In this document: positions 45,603-53,705 of the stretch, in pieces
Numbering within the stretch: the first letter of the stretch is position 1
How the letters are laid out: every line of letters starts with the position of its first letter
From: Candidatus Saccharimonadales bacterium
GTDB lineage: Bacteria; Patescibacteriota; Saccharimonadia; Saccharimonadales; EFPC-124
Assembly (NCBI GenBank): GCA_035280845.1
Contig: DATEFB010000004.1
Location: 18,341 to 82,340 of the forward strand
Reading direction: 5' to 3'
Length of the DNA: 64,000 nucleotides
The notes under the pieces: model-generated
What the model was told of the DNA's origin: nothing
The model's input: only the letters and a program-made list of their open reading frames with translations
The model's database searches: none
Program-made: the position numbers and the translations under genes

Positions 45603-47053
45603 GCAAAGTCCGCACGTGGACCGGCACTACGTGGCGGGTCATGTCTGGAGGCACGCCCGACCTGCGCGTACCAACAAGCATTCGCGACCTGGCTGTTACA
45701 TCGTTGAGCGGACAATTCGATATTGCCTGGAGCCCTCCATACGATACGGGCGGCACAACGCTGACCGGCTACCGGCTGACGGTAAACCCGGGCGGATTGG
45801 TGCAGAACCTTGGCCCTGGTACTACCACCGCCTCGGTGAACGGGCTTTCTAACGGCACGCCGTATTTTATAAACATCCTTGCCATTAACAGTGTTGGCGA
45901 TGGCCCGGCAATCGAAGTCATCAACTCACCTACTGGGCCGTGGGCGCTTGGCGGCACGGGCGCATTGGTTGGCGCGCCTGGTGGGTGGGGTGGCAATGGG
46001 GGCGCCAACAATCTTCGGGGCGCGTATGCGGCCACTGCTCCTCCGGCCGGGGTAACGAACGGCTACCAGATCGGGGCTGACCAGTGTGGCGTACTCCCCT
46101 TTTTGCAATCTCAGAACAAAAGCTATAGCGACCTGACGCCGGTAACCAGCGCGGGCACGCTGTTTGATGCGACCGGTCAGGCGTCGGGCAGCATTTCGTA
46201 CGATTCAGCCACAGGGCTTGTAGGTGTGACCGTAACCCGCGACGGCGCGATCCTGGAATACCTAGACATTACCGGCCAGATTTTTGTAAACGCCAACAAC
46301 GTAACCATTCGTTATTGTCGGGTGAACGCTACGAACGTTGTGACATCTGGTTCGTATGTTATTAAAACGTACACGCAATATACCGGCCTGTTGGTGCAGT
46401 ACTGCGAGATTATCTGCGGCCACAAAATCAGCGCCGCCCTGCCACCATACGGCGAGTACATTGCCCGCTACTGCGACGTGCACAATATTGGCAATGACGC
46501 CTTTAAGGTGGGAGATAACACCTTGGTTGAATTCAACTGGGTGCACGGCCTGAACAAGGCGCCGGGCGCGCATTCCGATGCGTTGCAGTGTACGGCTGGC
46601 GACAACATCTCGGTACGCTATAACCGCTTCGAGCCGTACGAAGGCAGTGCTAATCTCGAGGCATACCAGCTGCCCGACCTTGGCAATGGCGCCACGATTA
46701 CAGGTAAAATGACCGGCAATTCATCGTGGTTTACGTTCGAAGATAATTATGCCGACGGCTGCACTATTCCAGTCCGTGCGGGCACACCATCGCCAGATTC
46801 CAAAGGCTGGGTCACGCACGACCACTTTTGGCGGCGCAACCGCATTGGCCGCAAGTTTGCCTTTGGGCCAATCGCCGACAGCACCACATCTTCTGCGAAC
46901 CAGCTGTTCGACGATGCTACGAACATTTGGCATGAATCTGGCCAAACGTATCACTATTCTAATTCCAGTGGCATTTGGTACTACGCACAGGTGGTGCTGG
47001 CTGGCCAGCCAGCTAAGACCTGGAGCTCGACACATAACGGGCAGGTAACATAA
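45599..47053 (+). CDS. FN3 plus right-handed beta-helix protein (tailspike/polysaccharide-depolymerase-like)
   Basis: The GTG 45599 start overlaps the upstream stop (GTGA). FN3 segment (DIAWSPPYDTGGTTLTGYRLTV...ILAINSVGDGPA), then beta-helix rungs (NVTIRYCRVNATN, VQYCEI, ARYCDVHNIGNDAFKVG, HSDALQC). Confidence 0.6.
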   Translation: MSKVRTWTGTTWRVMSGGTPDLRVPTSIRDLAVTSLSGQFDIAWSPPYDTGGTTLTGYRLTVNPGGLVQNLGPGTTTASVNGLSNGTPYFINILAINSVGDGPAIEVINSPTGPWALGGTGALVGAPGGWGGNGGANNLRGAYAATAPPAGVTNGYQIGADQCGVLPFLQSQNKSYSDLTPVTSAGTLFDATGQASGSISYDSATGLVGVTVTRDGAILEYLDITGQIFVNANNVTIRYCRVNATNVVTSGSYVIKTYTQYTGLLVQYCEIICGHKISAALPPYGEYIARYCDVHNIGNDAFKVGDNTLVEFNWVHGLNKAPGAHSDALQCTAGDNISVRYNRFEPYEGSANLEAYQLPDLGNGATITGKMTGNSSWFTFEDNYADGCTIPVRAGTPSPDSKGWVTHDHFWRRNRIGRKFAFGPIADSTTSSANQLFDDATNIWHESGQTYHYSNSSGIWYYAQVVLAGQPAKTWSSTHNGQVT

Positions 47054-48069
47054 TGGCACTGCAGATTCGCGGCACAGCTTTTAATAGTTCCAGTGCCAAC
47101 GGCACATTGGCAACTGTAACGATTCCTGCTGCGACCCAGGCTGGCGACCTTATTCTGGAATTCATTGAGGTTACCGCTAACGGCCTTGCGCAAACTGCGC
47201 CCGGCGGTTGGACGAATATAACTGCGCTGACCGCTTCTAACTCAAGTAGTAGCTTGCGGGGCGCGCAGCGGATCGCACAGGGCGGCGATGCCAACACGGT
47301 TGCTAGCTTTACACTTAATACGACCGGGCGCTGGGCAATTACTTTGATTGTGCTCTACGATGACGCCGGTGGTACGGCCCGTATTGAGCAGCTAACACAA
47401 GCAACAGCGGGCAACACCACCGCACCGCAGACGCCAGCCATAGACCCGCAAAACACGAATGATATATTGCTGGCAATTATGAGTGGTACGGCATCTACGG
47501 TGGCTGTGCAACCCGTGTATTCGGCGGGAGCAACCACAGCCATGCAGGTGCAGGCCACGTCCACCAGCGGTACATTACGTAATGCGTCAATAGGTATTGC
47601 TGCACGCACTCTGACCGATGGGAATGCGCTGGGAGCGATAACCCACAGCGTCACGCAAACAATTACGCCAGCGAGCGCATCGGTTCTTATTTCGAACCAG
47701 AACGTGGGGCCGGTTGCCAATGCCGGTACAGACCAGGCAGTAAATCCTGGGGTGACCGTTACGCTCGATGGCACGGCTTCGAGCGATTTTGACGGTACAA
47801 TCACGGGGTATAGCTGGAGCCAGACAAGTGGCACGGCGGTGACACTCTCGAGCAGTGCTGTGGCTCAACCGACATTCACTTCACCGGTTAGTGTGAATGG
47901 TGCGACATTGGTATTCAGCCTGACTGTCAGCGACAACGAAAGTGCCACAAGCGCCCCCGACACAGTCACTGTTACCGTTGGCGCGAGTCCAAACCAGCAG
48001 GTTTGGATGGGCGGCTCAATGCAAAAACAGCCGGTTCGGCACTGGGTCGGCGGCGCGTGGGTAGCTTAG
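47053..48069 (+). CDS. Phage minor-tail-like protein with C-terminal PKD/Ig-like domain
   Basis: ATG overlaps the upstream stop (TAATG). PKD-like ANAGTDQAVNPGVTVTLDGTASSDFDGTITGYSWSQTSGTAVTL...TVSDNESATSAPDTVTVTV; C-terminal RHWVGGAWVA. Confidence 0.55.
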   Translation: MALQIRGTAFNSSSANGTLATVTIPAATQAGDLILEFIEVTANGLAQTAPGGWTNITALTASNSSSSLRGAQRIAQGGDANTVASFTLNTTGRWAITLIVLYDDAGGTARIEQLTQATAGNTTAPQTPAIDPQNTNDILLAIMSGTASTVAVQPVYSAGATTAMQVQATSTSGTLRNASIGIAARTLTDGNALGAITHSVTQTITPASASVLISNQNVGPVANAGTDQAVNPGVTVTLDGTASSDFDGTITGYSWSQTSGTAVTLSSSAVAQPTFTSPVSVNGATLVFSLTVSDNESATSAPDTVTVTVGASPNQQVWMGGSMQKQPVRHWVGGAWVA

Positions 48070-48100
48070 TGGTACTATAAAAGCATAAAGAGGTTATAGT

Positions 48101-48304
48101 ATGACAAAAAGCGACAACTCACTAGTAAAAATTACGCACGAGCATGGGCCGAGCGGTTTTGTGTTCTTTGCGGCCTATATTGGCGCGGTTGTGTATTTCT
48201 TTAACCAGTCGCCAGATGTGGGCGGATTCTTTTTGGCTCTTCTTAAGGCGATTGTCTGGCCTGCGTTTGTGGTCTTTCATGGCTTACGAGCGCTTGGCGC
48301 GTAG
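48101..48304 (+). CDS. Small two-helix membrane protein
   Basis: 67-aa ORF with two hydrophobic helices, AGAGG 8 nt upstream. Confidence 0.45.
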   Translation: MTKSDNSLVKITHEHGPSGFVFFAAYIGAVVYFFNQSPDVGGFFLALLKAIVWPAFVVFHGLRALGA

Positions 48305-48347
48305 GCTTCACACCGGCACGCGCCTGGCGTGCGCAAGATAGTTACGG

Positions 48348-49271
48348 TTGTATCATGACCTGTCATGGTATATTGTGATGTCAATGTCAAACTTTCTGCT
48401 GCCTGGACCCGATGAAGCATATAGAGCGCTTCGTTTAAGGGGCGAGCAATTCTCTGACGAACCCGAGGCGCTACACCCGCTCGGCGAGCGCACGTTCGAA
48501 CACTATGAGCGCGGCCAGCAGCCCGTTATTATTGACGCCCGCGTTGCCGCAGCCAATGGTCGTATGTACGCCGATGAGTCGGCCCACGCCGACTTGCGTG
48601 AGCACGGCGCTCGTACTGGCACGTTGGCTGACGCGGCCGATGTTATAGAGCGTCACATGTCTGAAGACGAACTTATGTGGGGATTCTCTGGCTTTGCAAC
48701 AGCCGGGCCGGCGTTTACAACCGAAGCCCGAGGGATGAGTCGCCTGTTTGAGCAGCTGGAGCAGCAAAATCGTTTGCCAAGCCTGGTGTCGGACGGGGCT
48801 GCCCGCGCAGGAATCCTGGGTCTTTGCGGTGTTATTGCCCGGCGGCACGGCGTCCCCACGCTAGGCTTCACGCCGTGGCAAGGGCTCAGCACCATGGCAC
48901 CCCGCGACCACATGGTGGTTGCCTACGACACGTACATGGAGCGTGAAGACCTGGTTGGTATGACGCCAGATATTTTAGTATGCGTTGGCGGAGGCGATGG
49001 CGCGCGCCGGGAGTGCCAAGCAGCTATTCGTTTTGGTGGTGCCGCTCTTCTTTTGGCACTTAAAGATTATGGACCAAAACTCCTGACTGGCTCATTCGAA
49101 CAATTTGAGGATTTAGCTCAGGCCCATGCTGATGGCCGGCTTGTGGTCGCCCGGTCGCTTCGTGGCTTGCCAAAGGCGCTGCGAGAGGCACAAGAGGCTG
49201 GCGAGCATGCCGGTGCGAGTCGCACGAGCCGCTTGAACGCACTCCGCGAAGCGCTTGTTCAACGTTCGTAG
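48348..49271 (+). CDS. Protein with C-terminal LOG/TIGR00725-like (SLOG superfamily) Rossmann domain
   Basis: 307-aa ORF (start uncertain). VSDGAARAGILGLCGVIARRHGVPTLGFTP and DILVCVGGGDGARRECQAAIRFGGAALLL parallel the GG.G-MeA and PGGxGTxxE segments of LOG-type proteins. The N-terminal ~150 aa are unassigned. Confidence 0.45.
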   Translation: MYHDLSWYIVMSMSNFLLPGPDEAYRALRLRGEQFSDEPEALHPLGERTFEHYERGQQPVIIDARVAAANGRMYADESAHADLREHGARTGTLADAADVIERHMSEDELMWGFSGFATAGPAFTTEARGMSRLFEQLEQQNRLPSLVSDGAARAGILGLCGVIARRHGVPTLGFTPWQGLSTMAPRDHMVVAYDTYMEREDLVGMTPDILVCVGGGDGARRECQAAIRFGGAALLLALKDYGPKLLTGSFEQFEDLAQAHADGRLVVARSLRGLPKALREAQEAGEHAGASRTSRLNALREALVQRS

Positions 49272-50473
49272 GTTTGTGCTGCCGAGGTGAACTCGCCCAC
49301 CTGATCGGCAGTTTTGCCAGGAAATTTTTCCACTTTGAGCTTTTCGCCAGACTGCACCTCGAACATGATTGTTCCTTCGGTGCCGCCAATGGCTACCGGG
49401 TGCATGTTTTGCGCGCCGCTGTTTTGCACAGGCTGGTTGTTGGGGCCGGCGTACGAAAACTGCGTCAGCTCGTATTTTACGGGTGTGCCTGAACCTATTT
49501 TCGAGGGGTCAACATCGCCCTTGACCAGGAACTGCTTGGCATTACCCGTCCAGTTGCCTATTGAAACAATAGTGTAGCTTGGGTTTATGTAGTCGGGCAC
49601 AACGGCCAAGTGTCCATCCCAGTAGCGGCCGCCGCCATCACCCTGTTGCTGGCCGCCCGCGTAGCCATTTGTGCCTTCACGGAACCAGTTGCCGACGAGT
49701 TTGCCAGGCTGGTCGTAATCTATCTTGCCGCCGATTGGCGGTATGGTGCGGGTGCTTTTGGCTTCAAGCTGTTTTTTTAGGTCGCCGGTATATAAGTCGT
49801 ATGGGCTGACAGTGTGGATTTTCCAGGACTCGCTTTTGTACAGGTCGGGCGTAATGTACCCGCTAAGCCTTGACTGGGTGTCTACGGGCGTCCAGTCGAA
49901 TGACGATCCGCCAATGTAGCCATATGTATCGCCCGCCTTCAAGTCGACTGAAACAGATTTTGACTCGTTCGGTTTGAGCGTACCAACTGCGGCCGCTACA
50001 GCATCGCTTAATTTGTGGATGTGGATAAATACTGCAGAATAGCGACAGCTAAACGATACAACCATGCGGTGGTCTTCCTGTGGCAGTTGCACGCCCTGGC
50101 GGTCGCCAACGTATTGGTCGGGCATGCGGCTGACTTCTACAACCGTGCCATCGGCCGGCATAAGTACTGGGTAGGTGTTGTCGGGCACGTCTTGTTTAAT
50201 GGGCGTTACATACACGTGGTCGGTTGGTGTGACATGGCCATCGAGCATTGCGCCAAGTGGCCTAATGTAACCAAGGTCTTCCATGCGCATTGGTGGTGAC
50301 GTAAAGGCCACGTCGCCATTTTTGCAATTACCATTAAATGACGCCTGGAAATCGTTCTTTTTATCTTGTATTGTGCTAATTACCCGCCAGGCAACAAGTC
50401 CAATCAGCCCAATGACCGCGACAATAATAAGAAGTGGGACAAAATGAAAACCTGATTCATTCCGCTTATGCAT
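49259..50473 (-). CDS. Membrane-anchored extracytoplasmic protein, possibly a degenerate M23/LytM-like barrel
   Basis: Starts at MHKRNESGFHFVPLLIIVAVIGLIGLVAW (ATG 50473); the longer track ORF to 50794 overlaps the DUF1697 gene. HVTPTDHVY, VLMPADGTVVEV and FIHIHKL loosely resemble M23 segments. Confidence 0.5.
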   Translation of the reverse strand: MHKRNESGFHFVPLLIIVAVIGLIGLVAWRVISTIQDKKNDFQASFNGNCKNGDVAFTSPPMRMEDLGYIRPLGAMLDGHVTPTDHVYVTPIKQDVPDNTYPVLMPADGTVVEVSRMPDQYVGDRQGVQLPQEDHRMVVSFSCRYSAVFIHIHKLSDAVAAAVGTLKPNESKSVSVDLKAGDTYGYIGGSSFDWTPVDTQSRLSGYITPDLYKSESWKIHTVSPYDLYTGDLKKQLEAKSTRTIPPIGGKIDYDQPGKLVGNWFREGTNGYAGGQQQGDGGGRYWDGHLAVVPDYINPSYTIVSIGNWTGNAKQFLVKGDVDPSKIGSGTPVKYELTQFSYAGPNNQPVQNSGAQNMHPVAIGGTEGTIMFEVQSGEKLKVEKFPGKTADQVGEFTSAAQTYER

Positions 50474-50531
50474 GCCATCACTATACGGCCATGTACCAAA
50501 AACAACAACCACCGAATGGTACAATGAAATC

Positions 50532-51065
50532 ATGACAAAGTACATTGCCCTTCTCCGTGGTATTGCCCCCATGAACCCCAATATGCGTAACGAGAAACTG
50601 CGCGGCCTGTTCGAGGAACTGGGATTTAAGAATGTGAAGACGATTATTTCTAGCGGCAACGTCGTGTTTGAGTCGCCCCAAACAGATGTTCCGGCGCTCG
50701 AGGCAAAGCTCGAAGCGGCTTTTCCCGAAAAGCTCGGGTTTACCAGCACTACTATTATTCGAAGCCAGCAGCAAATCCAAGACCTGGTAGACAAGCGGCC
50801 GTTCGGGGACCGCGAACACTCTAAAAAGACGTCATTGAACGTGACGTTCCTGAAGAACGAGCCAAAAGATTTGCCTAAGACGCCATTTACACCCGAAGGC
50901 CGCGACTATCTTTTTGTAGATATGAGCGACCGGGCAATTTGCAGCGTTGTTGACACTACGCTTAACAAGACGCCCGACCTAATGGCGTGGCTCGAAAAAC
51001 GGTATGGCCGGGAAATCACCACGCGCACCTGGAAGACGGTCGAGCGGATCCTCAATACTTTCTAG
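50532..51065 (+). CDS. DUF1697 family protein
   Basis: Starts at MTKYIALLRGIAPMNPNMRNEKLRGLFEELGFKNVKTIISSGNVVFES, the canonical DUF1697 N-terminus. Confidence 0.7.
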   Translation: MTKYIALLRGIAPMNPNMRNEKLRGLFEELGFKNVKTIISSGNVVFESPQTDVPALEAKLEAAFPEKLGFTSTTIIRSQQQIQDLVDKRPFGDREHSKKTSLNVTFLKNEPKDLPKTPFTPEGRDYLFVDMSDRAICSVVDTTLNKTPDLMAWLEKRYGREITTRTWKTVERILNTF

Positions 51066-51475
51066 TGGGCGTCGAGCGTCGCTAGCCACTGCTGCATACA
51101 GGCCTGAACCTGGGCTTCTTTGGATGCTACATCTTTGAGGTTGTAAAACCGAAGCAGCCTGCGGCCGTCGGCGTAGGTTCCTTCAAAAAAGCCCGATCCG
51201 TCATCGACGCGTGCACCACTTGGCCACACTAGCATAATGTGGTCTTTGGCATGCACATTCGAGACGATAAGGTAGCGCTTAAACAACTTCGGGTCAGATT
51301 TTGCCATCTCGCCAGTGTAAAAGAAAGTCGGAGCATTCCATTTTACCTCTTCGCCAATGGCGGGGTCGGTTGCAAGGATAATGCCGCGTAGGGCTTGCAT
51401 GACATCTTTAAGCGGATGCTGGAACTGTATCATATAAGCGTCTACTTGTGCGGTTTGCGTAGGCTGTGTTTGCAT
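51062..51475 (-). CDS. DUF1801 (YdhG-like) domain protein
   Basis: 137 aa: LRGIILATDPAIGEEVKWNAPTFFYTGEM. Confidence 0.6.
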   Translation of the reverse strand: MQTQPTQTAQVDAYMIQFQHPLKDVMQALRGIILATDPAIGEEVKWNAPTFFYTGEMAKSDPKLFKRYLIVSNVHAKDHIMLVWPSGARVDDGSGFFEGTYADGRRLLRFYNLKDVASKEAQVQACMQQWLATLDAH

Positions 51476-51517
51476 ATTCTTATTCTAGCAAATGCTGCCG
51501 TTTGTTATGCTTAAGCT

Positions 51518-52153
51518 ATGGCGTTATTCTCTTTATTCCAACGACTGTGGGGCGGTAGTAAGAAGCAGGCCGTACAAGATGTCGTAGAGCGCGCAAAGCT
51601 TGACCGTGATTATTTTGTGCTGCTCACAGGTGCGATCCTGCTGGCGATTGGCGCCATCTTTACGGACAGCATCCCACTGCTTATTGCCAGTATGATCGTG
51701 GCGCCGCTTTCGGCGCCAATTCTGGCGCTGGGGCTAGGGTTGGCAGAGGGAAGCGTTAAGCTAGTGGGCCGCTCACTGGCCGCCCTTGTAATTTCATGTG
51801 CGTTGGCGCTGGGAATCGCCATGGTGGCAGCGATGCTGTTTGGCGATGCACGCACCACAGACATACTCATTTCATTTAATGGCAATATGTACATCGCGTT
51901 TTGCGTTGCAGTGATCTCGGGGGCTATTGCGGCCTACGGTGCTATGCGGCCAAAGGTATCGACCGCGGCAACGGGCATTGCCATTGCCGTGTCGCTCATG
52001 CCGCCGCTTGTGGCGACAGGAATTGGACTGGCTCCAGGCAGTGAAGCGTTTGCCGGGGCTGCACTACTGTTCGCACTTAATGTAGCAGGGATTGCTGCGG
52101 CAAGCGCCATAACATTCGCGGCCAGTGGTGCGGCGCGCAGCTATCGGGATTAA
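51518..52153 (+). CDS. DUF389-like integral membrane protein
   Basis: 211 aa, about 6 helices, MIVAPLSAPILALGLGL pattern. Confidence 0.55.
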   Translation: MALFSLFQRLWGGSKKQAVQDVVERAKLDRDYFVLLTGAILLAIGAIFTDSIPLLIASMIVAPLSAPILALGLGLAEGSVKLVGRSLAALVISCALALGIAMVAAMLFGDARTTDILISFNGNMYIAFCVAVISGAIAAYGAMRPKVSTAATGIAIAVSLMPPLVATGIGLAPGSEAFAGAALLFALNVAGIAAASAITFAASGAARSYRD

Positions 52154-52539
52154 TCCTCTATGACAGAAAGAACGTTGCCGGACGGGTCTTTAAACCAGGC
52201 GATATCAGGGCCTTCGTTGGCTGCTTTGCCACGCATAATGCCACGTTCGTCCTGCTTGGCGGGCATTTCGTCGTAACGGTCGAAAGTGATGCCTCGCTCA
52301 ACGAGCTCATCGACGGCTGCGTTAATATCTTTTACGACAAAATTTAGAATCGTGAACGTTGCCGGTGTGTGGTCTTTGCCTTTTGGATACGCAAAAACAT
52401 GGCCGCCACCGGGCAATTGAATGTTAAGTCCCATGCCGTTGTCTTCGACAGTCAGGCCGAGTGTTTTGCTGTAAAACTCGAGTGTTTTTTCTTGGTCATC
52501 GAATGAGAATCCACTGAACGCTGATACTGGTTCGAACAT
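52150..52539 (-). CDS. VOC/glyoxalase-fold protein
   Basis: 129 aa: FSFDDQEKTLEFYSKTLGL...FKDPSGNVLSVIE. Confidence 0.8.
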   Translation of the reverse strand: MFEPVSAFSGFSFDDQEKTLEFYSKTLGLTVEDNGMGLNIQLPGGGHVFAYPKGKDHTPATFTILNFVVKDINAAVDELVERGITFDRYDEMPAKQDERGIMRGKAANEGPDIAWFKDPSGNVLSVIED

Positions 52540-52651
52540 ATGTGCCCCTTGCTTAGTATTTCCAGCATAGCATGGTCACTTCGATGATAGAAGTTGTGCG
52601 GTGCGGGGCCGCGATTTGTATTCAGGGCTGGCTCGTAGCACAATAGGCGTA

Positions 52652-53431
52652 ATGATTATTCTGATTCACTCATCCAAGACCATGAAACAGCGGCCCGTTG
52701 CCGAAACCCCGCACCAACCGCAACTGCTTGCCAAGGCCCGGCAACTCGACGCGTACCTTAAGACATTGCAGCCCGCGCAGCTTGCGAAAGTCATGGGTAT
52801 TTCTGGCGCGCTGGCGCAAAAGACGCATAGTGCAATTGCTGATTGGAACGACACGCCTGCAGAACAGTCGCTGGCAATCGACACATTTGTTGGAGACATA
52901 TACAGCGGCCTGCGTGGCACTGACCTTTCGCCTGCCGACCGCGCTTATGCCGACACTGTGCTGCGGATTCTTTCGGGTTTGTATGGGATTCTGCGCCCGC
53001 TCGATGGTATTAGCCCCTACCGACTAGAGATGGGGTACAAGCTCCCCTCCCCCGATTACGCCGATTTGTATCGATTCTGGGGCAAAGACATTGTGCAGAC
53101 GCTCCCGACAGATGGCCTTATTGTGAACGTCTCGTCTGTTGAGTATTCAAAAACAATCACGCCTTTTGTAGACCAGTCGCGCGTGGTGACTCCCCAATTC
53201 CTGACAGTGAGCCCAGACACGGGTGAGCCAACATTCGTAGTGGTGCACGCTAAAATCGCCCGGGGCGCATTTGCCCGCTGGCTTATTACGACTCGCATAA
53301 CCAATGCAGCCGATTTTACTCAGTTTGCCGAGATCGGCTATGTATACGATGCGGCGCTCAGCACTCCCCAGGCCCCTGCGTTTGTAGCACAGGAATTTGG
53401 TGGCAAAGGCCTGAGCATGCGCCTTAGTTAG
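52652..53431 (+). CDS. yaaA: Peroxide-stress protein YaaA (UPF0246/DUF328)
   Basis: Starts at MIILIHSSKTM (ATG 52652). GDIYSGL, SGLYGILRPLDGISPYRLEM, HAKIARG. Confidence 0.8.
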   Translation: MIILIHSSKTMKQRPVAETPHQPQLLAKARQLDAYLKTLQPAQLAKVMGISGALAQKTHSAIADWNDTPAEQSLAIDTFVGDIYSGLRGTDLSPADRAYADTVLRILSGLYGILRPLDGISPYRLEMGYKLPSPDYADLYRFWGKDIVQTLPTDGLIVNVSSVEYSKTITPFVDQSRVVTPQFLTVSPDTGEPTFVVVHAKIARGAFARWLITTRITNAADFTQFAEIGYVYDAALSTPQAPAFVAQEFGGKGLSMRLS

Positions 53432-53696
53432 TACCGAATCGAATTGCAGCCCGGGCCCGAGCTTTTGCCGCCTCTTCTTCGCGGTTGTGTGGTTCGGCGT
53501 GGGTCGTCAGTGAGCCGAGCAGCTCTTTTGCCACCTTGGCTGTTTGTTCTATGGCCTTGTTGAATGCTACTTCGTTGACCTGCGACGGCTCGTGAAACCC
53601 AGACAGCTTACGCACAAATTGCAGCGCGGCGTTATGGATTTCTTCGTCGGTTGCTGGCGGGTCGAAGTTGAATAGTGTTTTAATGTTGCGGCACAT
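53424..53696 (-). CDS. DUF2277 family protein
   Basis: 90 aa: MCRNIKTLFNFDPPATDEEIHNAALQFVRKLSGF. Confidence 0.7.
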   Translation of the reverse strand: MCRNIKTLFNFDPPATDEEIHNAALQFVRKLSGFHEPSQVNEVAFNKAIEQTAKVAKELLGSLTTHAEPHNREEEAAKARARAAIRFGTN

Positions 53697-53705
53697 AGCG
53701 CCTCC

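Noticed and set aside
39220-48069. Prophage or tailocin interpretation of the fibre/tailspike-like genes, and a diversity-generating retroelement targeting them.
   Set aside because: No capsid, terminase, portal, sheath/tube, baseplate, lysis, integrase or reverse-transcriptase genes occur in the window. The two loci are separated by metabolic and regulatory genes. I could not find a template/variable repeat pair by eye. A proper repeat search was not possible, so a DGR elsewhere in the genome is not excluded.
49259-50794. The full 511-aa track ORF as the gene model.
   Set aside because: Its first 107 codons overlap the convergent/divergent DUF1697 gene region and look non-protein-like. The internal Met at 50473 gives a classic short cytoplasmic tail plus TM anchor.
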